Positions 1 through 14,900 of a stretch of 64,000 bases of DNA are shown here, in pieces; the first letter of the stretch is position 1; every line of letters starts with the position of its first letter. The position numbers and the translations under genes were made by a program. This DNA comes from Botryllus schlosseri. Its lineage: Eukaryota. The notes under the pieces were generated by a model. The model was not told where the DNA came from, did no database searches, and was given only the letters and a program-made list of their open reading frames with translations. The stretch spans positions 17,174,001 to 17,238,000 of the forward strand of contig CM119374.1 in assembly GCA_051294905.1 (NCBI GenBank), written 5' to 3'.

Positions 1-1479
1 CAACACACTGAAAATTGAAATAGCGTTAATCACGTAGCCTTCGTAATTAGCAAATGGCACCGTTCTGGTAGAAATAATATGAAATCTACGTCAGGTTACG
101 TAAAATCTCTCATCACCACGGCGGTAGAGAAGCAGACATTCACTATAGATGATGTATATCGTTGAGACGACTAACGTTACACATGAATGTAAAAGCACAA
201 ACGTTGCATTTAGTAAGCTTCAACTTTTTTGTCGCGTGCCTCATAAACGTTAAAATCGCTGTTGGGAAAAACTATCTCAGTGCCAAAAAAATGAAGTTGC
301 TCCCGTGCTTACGAAATCTCTCTCTCGTACCCCAGTTTGAGAACTCTTGATTTACACCGTGGCGATATTGTAAACATTGTATACCACGGCGTAGAATTTT
401 GACGTCATTTGATTGTCCCTAAGTTCCATGCATTCCTCAATCATTCCCTCATCATTTCACGTCTCTAAAAGCTTTCATGTGCCCAATTAGCATCACAAAA
501 ATCTGTACCATACCAGCATAGCACAAGCAACATATATCCTTATTCCTTCACCACATGTGTTCTTAAAAACTAATCTCTATTGGTGATCATAACGAATCGC
601 CTGCCACAATATGGCGACCCGAATTACCGAATTCTGAATCGGATATGCTGGTTTCAAATATAGATATGCATCACTGATTTATGAAAATACTGATTGACCG
701 GAGCAAAACAACCTCAGCTTCAACTCCATTGCATTTTAATAATATTGGAACGAGTGAAATTAGGCACTACGCCGTACTGCACACATTCGCATCCTGCGTT
801 CAGTAATTGAATTGTATTTCGTAATTTTGTTAGCTGGGCCGCTTGTCATCAGTGCACAAATGCAACAGACGCATCGTCGAAACTAAATAATCAGGCTCAA
901 TTCGCCATCTTTCATTTACAACTTGCACTGAGACCGTAGTTTTTGGCCCCTGTATGAGTGCTGAACTTAACACCTAAAAGTGGACTTGCACCACGTGCCG
1001 ATATACGTGACCCTAGGACAATTTTTTCCGTGTAACTGTCAAGCTGTCATGATATTCCAGTGAATAACGCATCGTATTTGTTTTCGATCACAATTTGCTC
1101 CTGGTTTTACGACCTACTGTTTCAATTCCGATATTGAGCCGTAATGATACACGGCAAGATGACCGGTAATTTATCGTCGTCCGGCTGCCGACACCGCGAA
1201 ACTTAATAGCTTCCCGAGTCACACGGGGATTGAAACTGCAGTTCATAGGCTATTGCAAAAACTAAACATTGTTATCAGGGTGTTAAGAACATTGCAGAAC
1301 AATGACGATACTGACGCCGTATATTGAAGCTTGTTTGATGCCGTTTGCAACGGTAATTACCCCGGCGCCGTACAACCTTCGCCAAGGCGTCACGATGAGA
1401 ATCGAATATTAATTGCAACGTGAATAATCTGAACATATATCATTTTATGAGCGTATTATAATAATTTGTAGCGCTTAAT

Positions 1480-4400
1480 TCATTGCAACATTCCAACAGT
1501 ACTGTGAGGACTTCTGTCCTTGTTAAGAACTGGATAATAATGGCTCATTGGTACATGCAATCGATTGGGAAAATTGTTGAAGTTCATTCCGCCTTCAATC
1601 TGGCTTTGATGCGGCAAAACCCGTGGAAATCCTGTGTTCGTAAAATGAAGGTTGGCAGAGTTGAATAAGGAATTTTGAGAGGCATCATATGCAGAGTTAA
1701 CTGCGCCGGATAGACTTCTTGGTATCGCGGTTAGAATGGACTGGTGCGGCAGGGTACTTGCGGCAAATTTGGCTTGCTGGAGCTTAGCTTCTTGTAAGCG
1801 CTTCGATTTTGCCCGTCTGTTCTGAAACCAAATCTTCACCTGCGACAGAAGACGTCTTGAGATAAGCGAACGGGTGTATGTTAAGCGTTGACGACAAATG
1901 TATACATGATGTCTTAGTGATCAACAAGTATTTCTCAGACTGAAAGAGACTTTGGTCACCAAATTATCCAAATACAATGGATAGAGCGGTAATGCGTGTC
2001 TTAAATCACAGTATAATAGCACGATGACGTCAACAGAAGATGCATCTATAGTTGCGTATCGGGTCAGGACGGCTTGAAATACACCCAGTCAGTGAGGACC
2101 AATGTATTTTGCGTAATTGAATATTAATTCGTGACCTAAATGCCGTGAAAATTATTATGCCGGGTTATTATTGATGTTTCTCTAACGAATTTATCCACAT
2201 TGGGAATCGGGAGAGGTATTGCCTTGATACCAGAGTTTGGACAAACATGGCCCAATGGTTTAAAAGGAAATATCTTTGCCTTGTGCCTAGCACCAAAGTA
2301 TTTACCACCCAAGGTCGTAAGCAACGAAGACTTCTACTTTTTTTGGAGTATTACTCACTCTATAGTTGTAATCTTTTAGACTACTTCCAATTCTACTTGA
2401 ATAGTTTTCAAGCAAAACTACCTACTTTTTACAATTTGTATCTTGAACAGCAGAACGTAGTTTTGCGATAAGTTAGCATCACTTTTATCAGTGAAATTGT
2501 CATAAGAACTGCAATAAATAGCCCCTGTATAACGTTAACTCATAATATTTGTGTTCTACCTTTTTGTAGAGTCGTTAGTAGGGCAAGTTTTTGTTGCCGT
2601 TAAATCCGTGGAAAGTTGCATTTATTTTTGACAAAAGTTGCAATAAAAAGTTGCATTTATTTTTTCACAAAAGTTGCGCTAAAAGATCACATTTTGCTCG
2701 GTTAACTAAAAAAAAAAGTTCAATTTTCCGGCTCAGCTACCGAAATACCCATAAGAGCGTTGCTTCAGTGCTGAATTACGGTATTTCAGTCGAATTTGGC
2801 CGTGTATTTCACCAAAATCAAAAATACTTTCATGAGAAATCGAAAAAGTTGCAAAATGTTGCAAAAAATTGCATGAAAAAAAATGGACTAAAGTTGCAAA
2901 AAGTTGCAGTATTAGATTCCTTCAAACAGCTTAAAACAGCATTCTACATATCTTACGAGTATTTAGGAAGCTTCCGGAAGCTGTAAAAAAAGTTGCAAAA
3001 GTTGCAAAAACTTGCCCTTCAGTTTGAGTTATAGTGTTGAAGATAAATCCTGCTATTTCGAAAGTAATAGTCATCTCCGAGTAACATCTATAGGTTTGCA
3101 ACCCTTCGGCAAATATAGCCTACTTTGTTGAGACTATATTTACTTGAGTAGTTTTTAGACCTTCACCTTTCAACTTTAAGTAGGTTTGGCATGTCTTGGA
3201 CATTGCAACTTCTACTTGTAATAAATAGATATTTATGGACTTGCTTATGATTTTACTTCTAATCGGGTAGTAACGCAACTACTTTGACCCCTTCAATATA
3301 TCAATTATCTGCAACGAGAAATGGATAGATGGCAATTTTTTGCCTAAAAAACGGAAGATTTTGACCTAAACAATCAAAATTGTGACATGTTTTTACCTTA
3401 AAAACTTAATTTTGACCTAACCTATGCACATTAGGTGTTTTTCCACATAATGTTAGAATTGTACTACTTATCTTCATTTCTCGGTTCGAACTGTCTGTCC
3501 TTACGAAGGAGTTCGGCCTGAAAATACTTTTTTGACTTAAAAAGTGACAATTTTTTCCATGAAAAACTTTATTTTAACGAAATCTGGACCTATGAAGAAT
3601 TCCAGTAGTTACATCGCGTATTATGGTAGAAATAATTAAAATCAGTTGCAGTACAACGAAAGGTACTTTCCTGCATTCTCGGGTAGAGAGTGTCTGTCCT
3701 TACTAAGTCGCTTGCCAAGAATGGAGAAAGAACGCTAAACGGTAGCAGTTGTTGGCTGACAACACTGGAGTTGTGCGTGCACACACTGCTGGCGACACAC
3801 CGTGTTGCTTTATTTATACTGACAATGGTGTCTACATCTCAACTTTTCAGAATGCGCTTCTTGATATAAGAACAGAACCATGCAATGCCCACGCAGTCTT
3901 GCTTCAGCTATAGGATTTTGCGGTATACGTTGTGCATAACACCATGTCAGCCTATTTGTTTTATTTGAATGTTTATGATTCACAATGAGCAGACAATGGG
4001 CCGTCTTGATCATTTTGTGCAGCTCGCGACCAAACAGCATTGCTTTAAAGAGGTCGTCAACAGATGTCGGACGAATTTTCAATTCAAATCGCAGTCCAAG
4101 ATCACGTTCACATTCAGTCAAGCCACAAGCGACTTTCATATTCATTGGACGGAATGTCACTCTACATTCGATTGCTTTGTCATTTACAAATGATAGGGGT
4201 GGATTTATTTCAATCTGGCCCAAGAAATTCTTGTTATCTGATTCTTCTATTTAAAATACCCCATCAATAACAATTGAACCCCATGGAACTTCGCCAGTTA
4301 GCAACCACCCCTATACTCATCAGCCCAATACATCATAACAGACATACTTGTGTTTCTGACAAATCAAGCGAAGCCGAAAACTCCGCCCTTTCGGCTATGG

Positions 4401-6159
4401 AAAGGTATTGTTTGACGGCAAATTTCTGTTCCAGCGACAGTAACTGATGAGTGGTGAATGGAGTTCTCGCCTTACGATTCGGCTTGTGCTTGCGTAGATT
4501 TGAAAACTTTTTATCTGAAATCAAAAGTGCGGAAAATGAAATTCTAAATCAGTACAAGCGTTTTTTACGGCTTGATTTTGAAGTGTACTAACTGCAGAAA
4601 AACACAGTGCTGTTGAGTATTTTGTCAGTATGTTCTTAAAATTTAATTTATATGTTACCACGACATTTACGCTGACCACGTGGATTGAAATTGGTCGCAG
4701 CTGCAATAGAAATGTAAGTGGATATAGAGTTGACGCGAAACTAGTAAACGGATTGCCATTCGATGGACTGATGCCAATTATCCATTGGACAAGTTCGTAT
4801 ATTATATTCTACCATAGTGTCCTATATGGTGTCGACACAGGCAAATCTCACGCCTCAGTGAAGTTGTATCACGTCACAACTTCCATTTGGCTACAGGCAA
4901 TTTGACGGTCATTTTTAACCAGCTTGCCGAGCATTAAATTTGGTAAAACGGGTATCAATCGAAAGCTGACTCTGCACTGATTACGATAATATAAATTTTA
5001 TTCCGATCGTGGCCCTGGAACTCCCACAATCAGCCTCGAATTTTTCATTGTTATGGAGATTGGCATTGGGACGCAACAATGCTGCACAATGCTGTCTGGC
5101 TCTTTTTCTCTTGAGCTACTCTCTCGTTTCGCCAGACAGCATTGCTGCGTCCCAATGCCAATCTCCGTAACAATGAAAAATTCGAGGCTGATTGTGGGAG
5201 TTCCAGGGCCACGAGCGGAATAAAATTTATATTTTCGTAATCAGTGCAGAGTCAGCTTTCGATTGATACCCGTTTTACCAAATTTAATGCTCGGCAAGCC
5301 GGTCAAAAATGACCGTCAAATTGCCTGTAGCCAAATGGAAATTGTGACGTGATACAATTTCACTGAGGCGTGAGATTTGCCTGTGTCGACACCATATAGG
5401 ACACTATGATTCTACTTTTAACATTCGGTGGCGTCGCGATAGTGACGTCATATACCACGACCGTGGCTGCAATGCAGATGACAATTTCGCTCATACCCTA
5501 TGTTTATATTGACCATGATTGACTATTTTATCTTTGTTTTCACAGCAATGTTATAGCGCTCTGAGACAATACCGCAAGTCGGTCACTATATCCAGGCGTT
5601 GTGTCAGATAATCGACTCGTATGTACGCGAAAAGCATCACAACGATAATAATTAATCTATACTTGATAAACTATCGATATGCGATACGATAAATTGAAAC
5701 ACACCGTCATGGATGTATGATTGTACGTGCTAATTTCGTAGTGATTTGCAGTCGGAACAAATATGATATGCTGATAATCCTACCTGATTGCGTTTTGATC
5801 TCTTCTTTGCGTACCGGTATTCCGCATGCGTTATGTTCCGCAAATCTTCTATAACACCCTTGAAACATTGGAACTTCCCTTTTCAATTGATTCAGCGTTT
5901 CGTCCAAACCGAATCCGTAGGTAAAATAGTTCGTCAATTTTCCAAACGATGGATCCAACTGCGCCGGGTGGTCTTTCGTCGGACTTGACTCGGTGTCTGA
6001 AGAGTTCCGCGAGCTGTTTTCGCCAATAATAGATTCTATGCTGAAGGAAATTCGGTCCATTTTAGCCTGCTCCTTATCAGAAGATGCCGTCTGCTTTGAC
6101 TCGTCGATCCCGTCAACAGACGCATCCTGGATTTTCAATCTTCCCGAATTAGCTTCCAT
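1480..6159 (-). CDS. Msx: Msx (muscle segment homeobox, NK-like class) transcription factor, 3 coding exons, about 300 aa
   Basis: Exons 5784-6159, 4348-4514 and 1480-1839 join in frame with GT-AG introns (phases 1, 0). Exon 1 has an eh1 motif (FSIESII). The homeodomain reads [50 protein letters not shown]|[18 protein letters not shown], the Msx signature. ATG at 6159 chosen over the upstream TTG of the ORF track. Confidence 0.95.
2579..3019. mobile_element. MITE with TAGGGCAAGTTTTTG termini and internal AAAGTTGCA repeats
   Basis: Terminal inverted repeat AGGGCAAGTTTTTG / CAAAAACTTGCCCT with many internal AAAGTTGCA copies; no matching TSD found. Explains the spurious ORF 2591-2986. Confidence 0.65.
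4813..5408. mobile_element. Foldback (almost fully palindromic) non-autonomous DNA transposon in Msx intron 1, P-element-like
   Basis: Arms of about 285 bp are near-perfect inverted repeats (CATAGTGTCCTATATGGTGTCGACACAGG... / ...CCTGTGTCGACACCATATAGGACACTATG) around a short pyrimidine-rich loop. 7-bp direct repeat ATTCTAC at 4806-4812 and 5409-5415. Confidence 0.85.
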
Positions 6160-6219
6160 GATTGCTTGACTACGAGTGCGTTGCAATATTACCGAAATGT
6201 ATATAGTCCTAAGCTGTCA

Positions 6220-6227
6220 TATTTATA
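6220..6227 (-). promoter_or_regulatory. Candidate TATA box of Msx
   Basis: TATAAATA on the minus strand about 60 bp upstream of the Msx ATG; position only, no TSS data. Confidence 0.5.
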
Positions 6228-8249
6228 AGTTTTGATGTGTTTTATTGGTTTATTGCTAACAATAATATCCTCGTCTTCATAACCGCCGGAAATATACGTA
6301 AGGCAATGCACCATAAGCAACGCATAAACTCAAATTTGACTTACATAATTTGTGAATCTTACGCAGCGGCAGTAAGATTATATAGACGGACAATGCAACT
6401 TTCGGAATATCAACCAAAGCTTGTGACCGGCGATCTGTACGCGACCCAAGGTCATTACGTTATAATCATAATGATGTCGGGGATATGGATATACTTTCTT
6501 TTTATGTAGCAGTCACCGGCACGTTCCCACGACGCGATTTTTTCTCCCGCACGGGTAAGTACGACGCGTGCGGCTGTTATCGTACGCCCTCGCAACCAGT
6601 AATGGATCGGGGATTGTAGCGGAGTCCTTTCAAGTATGCAGCGCGGTAATTTCCTTCAGAAAGTTTTAATTACTGGAAATTGACAGACGACAGAGAATTA
6701 TGACACAATACGAGATTCATCTTAAATAACCACAAATTAACGTGGTCATATTGGATAACACCGAGACGAACTGTCTCAAATCGACTTCTCTTCGGCCGAT
6801 AGAAGTCGTTATCGTTCCCAGAGCGCTCGGTTTACTACTCTCTAAATACCTTTCAATTAAAACATGGTTTTTCAATACGAAAAATAATTGCCATAAAATC
6901 CTCATGTGCCACGCTCCCGTCGCGATATCTTATACGCGGACGCCATTTCACGGGTAGGAGATCGAAATGTATAATCGCTCCAATAACACAAACAGCTTCA
7001 AATGCGGATGGTCGATTACACGCTCTCCGCGCCGGCCTCTGCGTCGCGTTTGTTTCTATATCAGCGCGGCGAGCACCATGAAAACGAGATGCCGCACCAT
7101 ATTGAAACATCGCCATTAAACTAAATCCCTAATTCGCGTGCCTCCATCCTTGTTAACTTCTCATTAAACATCACAGCGGGACTGCGGTAAGACAATTATC
7201 CAGTAAGCTAATAATGAAAATGGCTCGTTCACTTATTGTCGACAGTCAGAACACTGAATCTATATTTGCAAACGTAAGTATATGCTATTCGCGGATGCTA
7301 AATATTACAATCATCGAAATAAATACTTGAACTCATCTCACGTGATGAAATAGTCACATTTATTGTCTGTCGTACACGTTATTTGATTCAGTCGCGTATA
7401 GACAGACACGCAATGTTCGATAGCCGAACAATTGATCCTAAAGGCTGCTTTTTTAAACCGTGATGTCATAATCATACACAAAACAGACTAACATCCCGTA
7501 TTCGTCGGTAACGTGATGACGGAAGCGCGACGTATCGAAGTGCAAACCTCATTTATTCCGTTAATTAGCATCTGTGATTGAGGTGATTAAATACTATGTT
7601 ACGAAACACATTTCTATGAGAAGTTTTGAGTTTGCAAGTTTAGGTGAAAATTCACTGCGAAAATATGGGGAAACAGGAAGGAGTCGAAATGACTTGGAAT
7701 AGTGAAACAATCAGACATTCACCTTGGTCTGCATACGATAATAAAATAAGACCATGCGAGTTGCTGAAGCTCACAATATCGACATTTGATTATTGGTATT
7801 CATTGTATCCAGATTATTATTTTCTTAAAGATTGCATGGTATTGTAAGTATGACGGATATGAATCGTTAAATATAATATATCCCACAAAGTCTTAACATA
7901 GGAAATAATATGACGCTTTGACCCAGGGAATTATTTCACCTTGTAAACATTGATCTCATTTATTATTAAGTCAATGCGAAATGCAATGCAATTTAGTGAA
8001 ATTGAGTACAATGTTTGTTCCCAAAAGCACTAGCCTTGCAACAGGAAATACTGACTCCGGCTCAATGCGTTTTTCCACAAACATTTGCAATTTGTCGACA
8101 AGAGTTCCTGGACTCAACTTTCAAGGTGGCGTCAGAATCGGTACGGTGTATGCGAAAACTGACTACATTCTAGAATCTAGGCAATGTAATGTTAAAAATG
8201 TGTATCGGCGGCTATAGATGATCAAAAGTCTGTGTAGCTAGGTCATGAA

Positions 8250-8673
8250 TAGAGCTCGACCGATTATCGGTTCGCCGATAATATCAAGTCGAGATCACAC
8301 TTTGAAAGAATTATCGGTATGGACCACTGGAGGTGAAAAATATCGGCAGTTTTCGCGACGTCACAACGTGTTGGTGGGAAGTCAGATAACTATAATCCTT
8401 GACCCACTAGACTTGGAATATTGCTGTATTTCATATTCTATAGCTTACACTTTCAAGGTGTCCAGATGCAGCCTTTCTAGTTTATTTCATGTTCGAATAT
8501 GACAATGGCTGTAAAGCTGTTGAAATAAAAGCTTCGAAGTTTTGAAAATGCGCCTTTTGAGGTAGATTCCAGCTTATTTGAATATGGGCTGAATATATCG
8601 ATGTTTTCGGTCAAGTTGCTAGATATCGGTTTTACCGGTATCAGCCCAAACATCCAATATCGGTCGGGCTCTA
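8250..8673. mobile_element. hAT-type MITE
   Basis: TIR TAGAGCTCGACCGAT / ATCGGTCGGGCTCTA; flanks GTCATGAA / GTTATGAA (8 bp, 1 mismatch). Confidence 0.8.
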
Positions 8674-11600
8674 GTTATGAATTCTAATCAATGCCACCGT
8701 TTTGTACTGAAGTAAATTTGAAGGATTTTTTTAATACGACAAAATAAGGGTTATGTGTTTGGGAAAAGACACGTTCAATGGCCAACATGGTACGTTATGC
8801 CTCCTCTTTCATTTGCAAAATTGGAAAAGCAATTTGCATCAAGTTCGGGAAATCAGTTTTGTTGTCCACAACTGTGTACACTGTTTACTTACAATACAGT
8901 GTACTGTACAGTCCCTTCGGTGATTCCGAAATTGTATCCGTGACGAATCTTCAGCACATCGCCGAGAATGAAACCTTGAAATTTATATCGCTCAGACGTC
9001 AGCACCCCGCTGGTGTGTACGATAGCTGTGTCCGTTTGATGGGAAGGGTCTCGAATTGATGCGATCACGCAAGCCTGTAGTTTATAGCCTTCACAAAATC
9101 ATTCATCTTGTCTGTTATGTGGGTGGAAGTATGGCCTACTGATAAGGTATTATTCTACCATTTCTAAATTAACCTTCTTGGAGTAATGTAAAAAAACTTG
9201 AGGTCATTCCGTTTCCAAATTTGTGAAACAGTGAAGACGATTGTCATTGCCACAAATTCTTTTCGGACTATATATATTCCGCAAAAGTCTGCGTAAAATA
9301 GAGAGCTATACAAAGATACAAATACGTCCACTACCATTAAAGTCATGTTAAAGTCAACTGACGGCGCAAATATTTTCGAAAGACGAACCCCCAAATTGAT
9401 GAAGGGAATTCATGTAGTATAATCGATTGAAGTTCTGAGTGTCTCCGATACCAGTACTTCTGAACTCTAAACACCAGCACTGTCTGCACTGATATATATA
9501 GTATTATCTTTGTGTAATCCAGGGTTTTTTAGCCTAATTTTTTTTGTGGTTTCGTGGACCCCCAAGCCGCGAAATTGGGAACGCTGATGACTTGAAAAGG
9601 GTCATGACCTTCGCCGCGCCCCGCGTCACAACAAAATCGGAATATAAGTCAAAAACAAGTACATTCAACATTGGCCTTTCATGGATCCCTTAAAACTAGT
9701 CCGCGGATGCCCAAATGGCCCATGGACCTCCGGTTAAGAAAACTTGGTTCAGTCAATCACTACATGCCTGCATAATTTACATATGCAGGCAGCGGACGGA
9801 CCGCTTCAGAAGAAGGTGTCGATAACAATTCATATGTTGATACCATGGCGCACAGTGCAAGTCCCCAGGGCGTCATCAATCCCAACGTTTGCTTGATATT
9901 CTAAATTCTGTCAGTAAGCTCATTTCGCGAATCAATATTTCCTCTACCCGACTAAGATTCAGTCGATTATCTCCGCCAAATCCGAATTAGGGTATTAGCA
10001 TGTAAGTGATGGATTGCCGCGCCGATGAATATGAGATTTCCGTGTTTGATAAATACACTTCAGTTCCGGCTCATGTCTTTAATCTATTGTAATCGCGTGG
10101 ATTGACCAATTTATGATAATTACCTGCGTATGCCGAAATGTGTTTCTCGTTCGATTTAAAGGCTTAGAACCGGGGAAGTTTTGATTTTAAATGTCATAAA
10201 CTGTTTAGCGCTTTGTATAATTCTGCAGTTACGTGGCACTAGTATACTTTAACAGTTGTGTGGGATTTATGTTGCTTTGTCGAGCATAAGTAATTGTATG
10301 AGTGGATTTATCACACCTAATAACTCGTAACAACAATATTCAATGACTACGTGGAATGTGTTCGAAATGGGTTCTGGCGAACAAATGCTACTTCGTTACT
10401 CCCTTCGGTATGAATTGAAATGCAATACTGTTTACCCTAAGTCCTTTCCGTTGGTAGAATTGATCCATACCTCTCCTACGCGAGTAACGATTTTGACTTC
10501 CAATATTACCCTACCCAAGGAAGTAAATAGCCTACGAAAATTTCAAACTACATCAGCGGTAATACTGCATGATAATTCTATGTATACGATGCACGTATCT
10601 GCGTTTCTATACGTAATATACAAGAGCGGATTATACAGCACTAGTCGTTCTCGGGGTATAGCTAATTCGACACGTACTTCGGTCTGTCTCTGTCATTATA
10701 AGAGCCTGATCGTCAACAGATTTTAGAGACGATACCGATAAAACTGGTAACTAGCTCCTTCACAGATAACCCCGATATATTTAGCCGATTTAAAATCAAA
10801 CATACCATCTAGCTCAACTCACATTTCCTAAACTATTTGAACAGCTTTGTACCCATTACTTTGATTGGACATAAATTAAGCTAGAAAGTGTGTATCTAGA
10901 AGCAGAGGTTGTCAGTAGCGAAACACTTCTACTTTTCAAGAGTACTCAAGTAGGTTTTGCCTACTTTCACTGATTACTCGCGTGTTTGAGTACCAACGAT
11001 GACTACTTCGACCACATCTGCCTGTAAACTATAAGAGATATATCAATATTCCCAAGTCCTCGCAGATTATTCTAATTCTCCGACTCCCATGCTGTGACGT
11101 CATAAAAATTTGCCGAAATTTTCCTACCTTAAAGGACCGATGCCGATATTTCTTTCGAAATGTGATATCGACTCGATATTATCGGCGAGCCGATAATTGG
11201 TCGACCTCTTGTCATAATTACAACATTTTAGTTTGGTATAGGGATTCCACCCTAAGATTAGTGCTAGAAGTCTCAAAATAGTTATAGTTAGCATCCTGGT
11301 CGTCGGTAGCAGGCCACAATGGTGTGGAAGTTCTTGGACAAGCATTCAAGCCGATTGAAAATCAGGGATTTATGCACCGCCAGGGGTCGCTGACAAGGCT
11401 GGAACGGAACCAGTGCTAATGCTGAATTTACAAATATTCTTGTGTTTCACTATCCGATACCACTTTGTGGTCTGAATATATTGCTCAGCTGGATACTGAC
11501 CAATAGAGATGTATATATTGCAGTATATGCAATACTTCCACAGTTTATTGCGAGGTTCAGATATTTGTATTACAAATGAAAACCTCGCATGGAGCCCTAT

Positions 11601-11927
11601 TCCAGACGATCCAAATTGGTATGCCTACTTGATAAACCACCTGCTACCAAACATCACTAAGAGACGTAGACTCGCGCCGCGTAAGCTCCATGGGAAAACA
11701 TTCACCGATAGCAACAGGAAAGCAATGCATGTACCAGCCGCCACGCTAATCAGCACTTGGCGATTGTGTCAATTCCAGCCTATTGTCGTACGTGAGAAAA
11801 TATATTTGTCGTGCATTTAATGAACGCTACTTTGTGTTAAATTGTCGCGACGCGCGTATAGTAATTGCGATAGATTCGTTAATCCATTCCATCAGAATTG
11901 GCACAGGACATCGAAAGTCTTCTCGTT

Positions 11928-14900
11928 TCACTCTTTCCGATGCCTGCGCTTCGCGCACACCGTCGTCTGCCTGGTCATCTCGCCGTAGGTTTGGCCGCAA
12001 ACGAATCGACGATCTGAATGTTGAGAGACGATTCAAAATGGGAACTTGTTCATGTGATATATTTCCCCAGAAGTTCATCAACTGGCCCGACCGCTATTAA
12101 GGACAAGAGTATGGTAGTTGTTGTTTACTCCAGCTGTCCTGTCCGCGTCAGCTGTCCTGCCGGTCTGCTAAATTTATTATAATTTTATATCTCAATTGCA
12201 AAATACAAGAGTTTGGAGGCCTGTCCGTTAATTACAGAAATGAAACATCAAATCTTAAATTGATATAGAAATTAGGAATGTATTTGACCTGCCTTGAGCG
12301 GCTCCACGTCAAATTGGACTTTATGACTAAAATTGTACAATATGGCCGCATCTACATCTACTATGTTCTCAATGCTGAATTATTTCCACGATTTTACGTC
12401 AAGAATGTAGAAAAGACCATGGAATATAGTTTCGGAACACCCATTGGCGAATATTTTAATTTTACAAGCTGTCGCTTTGTTCAAACTATTTCAAGTGTAC
12501 TTACTTCATCATTTTCAATCCTACCGTTTTTACGCCCGTACTAGAAGTAATTCTATATCCTACCGTATCATGCGCTACCTTTAGGCTTATTTGTAGAGTT
12601 TTATACATCATTACAATTGTTCGGTACTATCTTCGGATGCTGTGATCACCTCTGGTTATAAGTATAGAGGCACTATGGTGTCGGTCTGTTTTATATTGGT
12701 GTTCGTCACTTATAACGTATTAATCATATTAATTGAGTGATAAGCAGTATATTAGATCTCTTCCAAACAAGAATTTCACATCGGGGCCATATAGTAAGCG
12801 AGACTTCGGTTATATTTGCTAGGATCATAAATTTATCTACGACGGAACAAATACAAGCTGATGAAATGTGGGGAACTGTCCGTAAGGGGTATTCAAAAGT
12901 GACTTTTTTCTCAAATTGTACTGGCTACTTGATAAAATTGTTAGGTTACTTATTTAAGCCTACACGCAAAATTTGGTTCAATTCCAGTGAGTAGCCGCAT
13001 TGCTACAGAAGAAAGTTTCTATTTATTAGGCCTATGTGAAAATAAATTACAAAATATTTCTGTTCGCCCCATGAAAGTGTTATGGTTGTCTGTAGAAACG
13101 ATGTTCACCAAACTTGGCTCAATGCCAACCGCATTAGAAGCGGAATCATTGCCGTCGAAAAATTTGGATTTGAATAAAATATAGTATTTACGAGGGGCAC
13201 ACTTATGATAAATAATTAAAGAGTTGGCCACTGTAAATACTATTTTATTGATAATCCAAATTTTTCGACGGCAATAACTCCGCTTCCACTGGTTGGAATT
13301 GAACCAAATTTGGTGAACATCGTTTCTATAGACAACCATAACACTTTCATGGGGTGAACAGAAATATTTATTTATTTATTTTCACATAATAAATAGAAAC
13401 TTTCTTCTGCTGAAGCAATGCGGCTACACGCTGGAATTGAACCAAATTTGGTGTGTGGTCTTAAATTAGGTAACCTAACAAATTTATCAAGTAGCCAGTA
13501 CCATTTGAGAAAAAGTTATTTTTGAACACCCCTACTGTCCGTACTATCTTTTCGCTAAACAAGCCCGAAACAACCAGGGAATTCTATTGACTTATTTGGG
13601 CTCAAAATTGAGCCTATAAATCTTGGTTAACAACGATATTAATTCGTGTGAAAACTCGTATTTGTGAGTAATCGCAAATAATACCGGAACGTGACATTAT
13701 AGATATTGAAGTAAAACGGTACACCCTACCTCTCGAGTGTGTGTCCAACGTAAGAATATTGACATTCTTGATTTGATATATTGGCTTCACTAAATATTAT
13801 TCAAGACAATCACGCGAGATCGCGCCTACATCTCACTTTCAAGAGGTTGCTAATAACTGAAGTGGTGAATTTCGCAAAGCAAACAATCCGATATGATATG
13901 TTCAGTAGGATTAAGTTGGATATCGTTATCGTGTCGCGCACTTACGCGGTACAAATCCTGTGTAACTAGGCTTCAAACCATCCGCGTTATACGGTGATCC
14001 TTTGTTAAGCACCCATTGCGGTAAATCCTCGTGTTTTGAATTAGGGTCGACTGGTTGAGCGGCCGTTTTTTGCCAGTCTTCCTGGTCGGCCTGCGTGTGC
14101 ATAAAGACTCGGGATAGGTATGACAACTGCAGTGTTAAATAAACAAGTCAAGGCCGTACCATGAACGCGTGCAATCCGTCTTCGTTTGCGGTCGTTCGCC
14201 TCTTGCCCAAAGAAATGTTGGTGGCCTTGATTCTGGGGACGTAGCCGGTCCAGCCGAGTTTAGGAGGCTCTAAGAATGATTTCCGCGGCTCTGAATATAA
14301 TCAGTAGTGAGCGTTAGTAGCTATACTCAAACAGATGTAGATGTTACGCAGTAAATTTATACTCAATTACAAGTAGGAGTATCCATGTCCAAGACATTTC
14401 AAAACTAGTTCAAGTGGAATTAGAAAGATGACATGTTTCACAAGTACAGAAAATATGTAATTTCATAAAGTAGATTTGGTTGAGCGGCCGCCTGGTTTTT
14501 GTTGTGAATCGAAGGTGGCTACTTTCAAACTTGCAATATGTATTTTCGACAAAAAACGATAAATGACACTACAGATACGTACAATCTTCAATTATATATT
14601 TAGTTACATACCGGTGTACACGGGCTATTTCACCTGTTTTTATGATTACTTCCCTCGTCAAAGCGATGCAAACTTATACCAAAACTATTTTCCACTTTTC
14701 AAAATATATTCAAATCGTAAAAGGTATGTAGTTTTACTTTACATAACTGTCCTGGTAAATTGAAAGTAGTCTAAAACAGGGTTGGCAAACCTGCGGCTGT
14801 AGAAGGAAAGTAGTGCGATCGTGACACGTAATTCAATTAGAATGTGTAGGCCGCCGGCGACATGAAAATGGAATTTACGAATTGAATCCCAAATTGAGAG

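Noticed and set aside
2591-2986. 131-aa Lys-rich ORF
   Set aside because: It lies wholly within a MITE made of AAAGTTGCA repeats.
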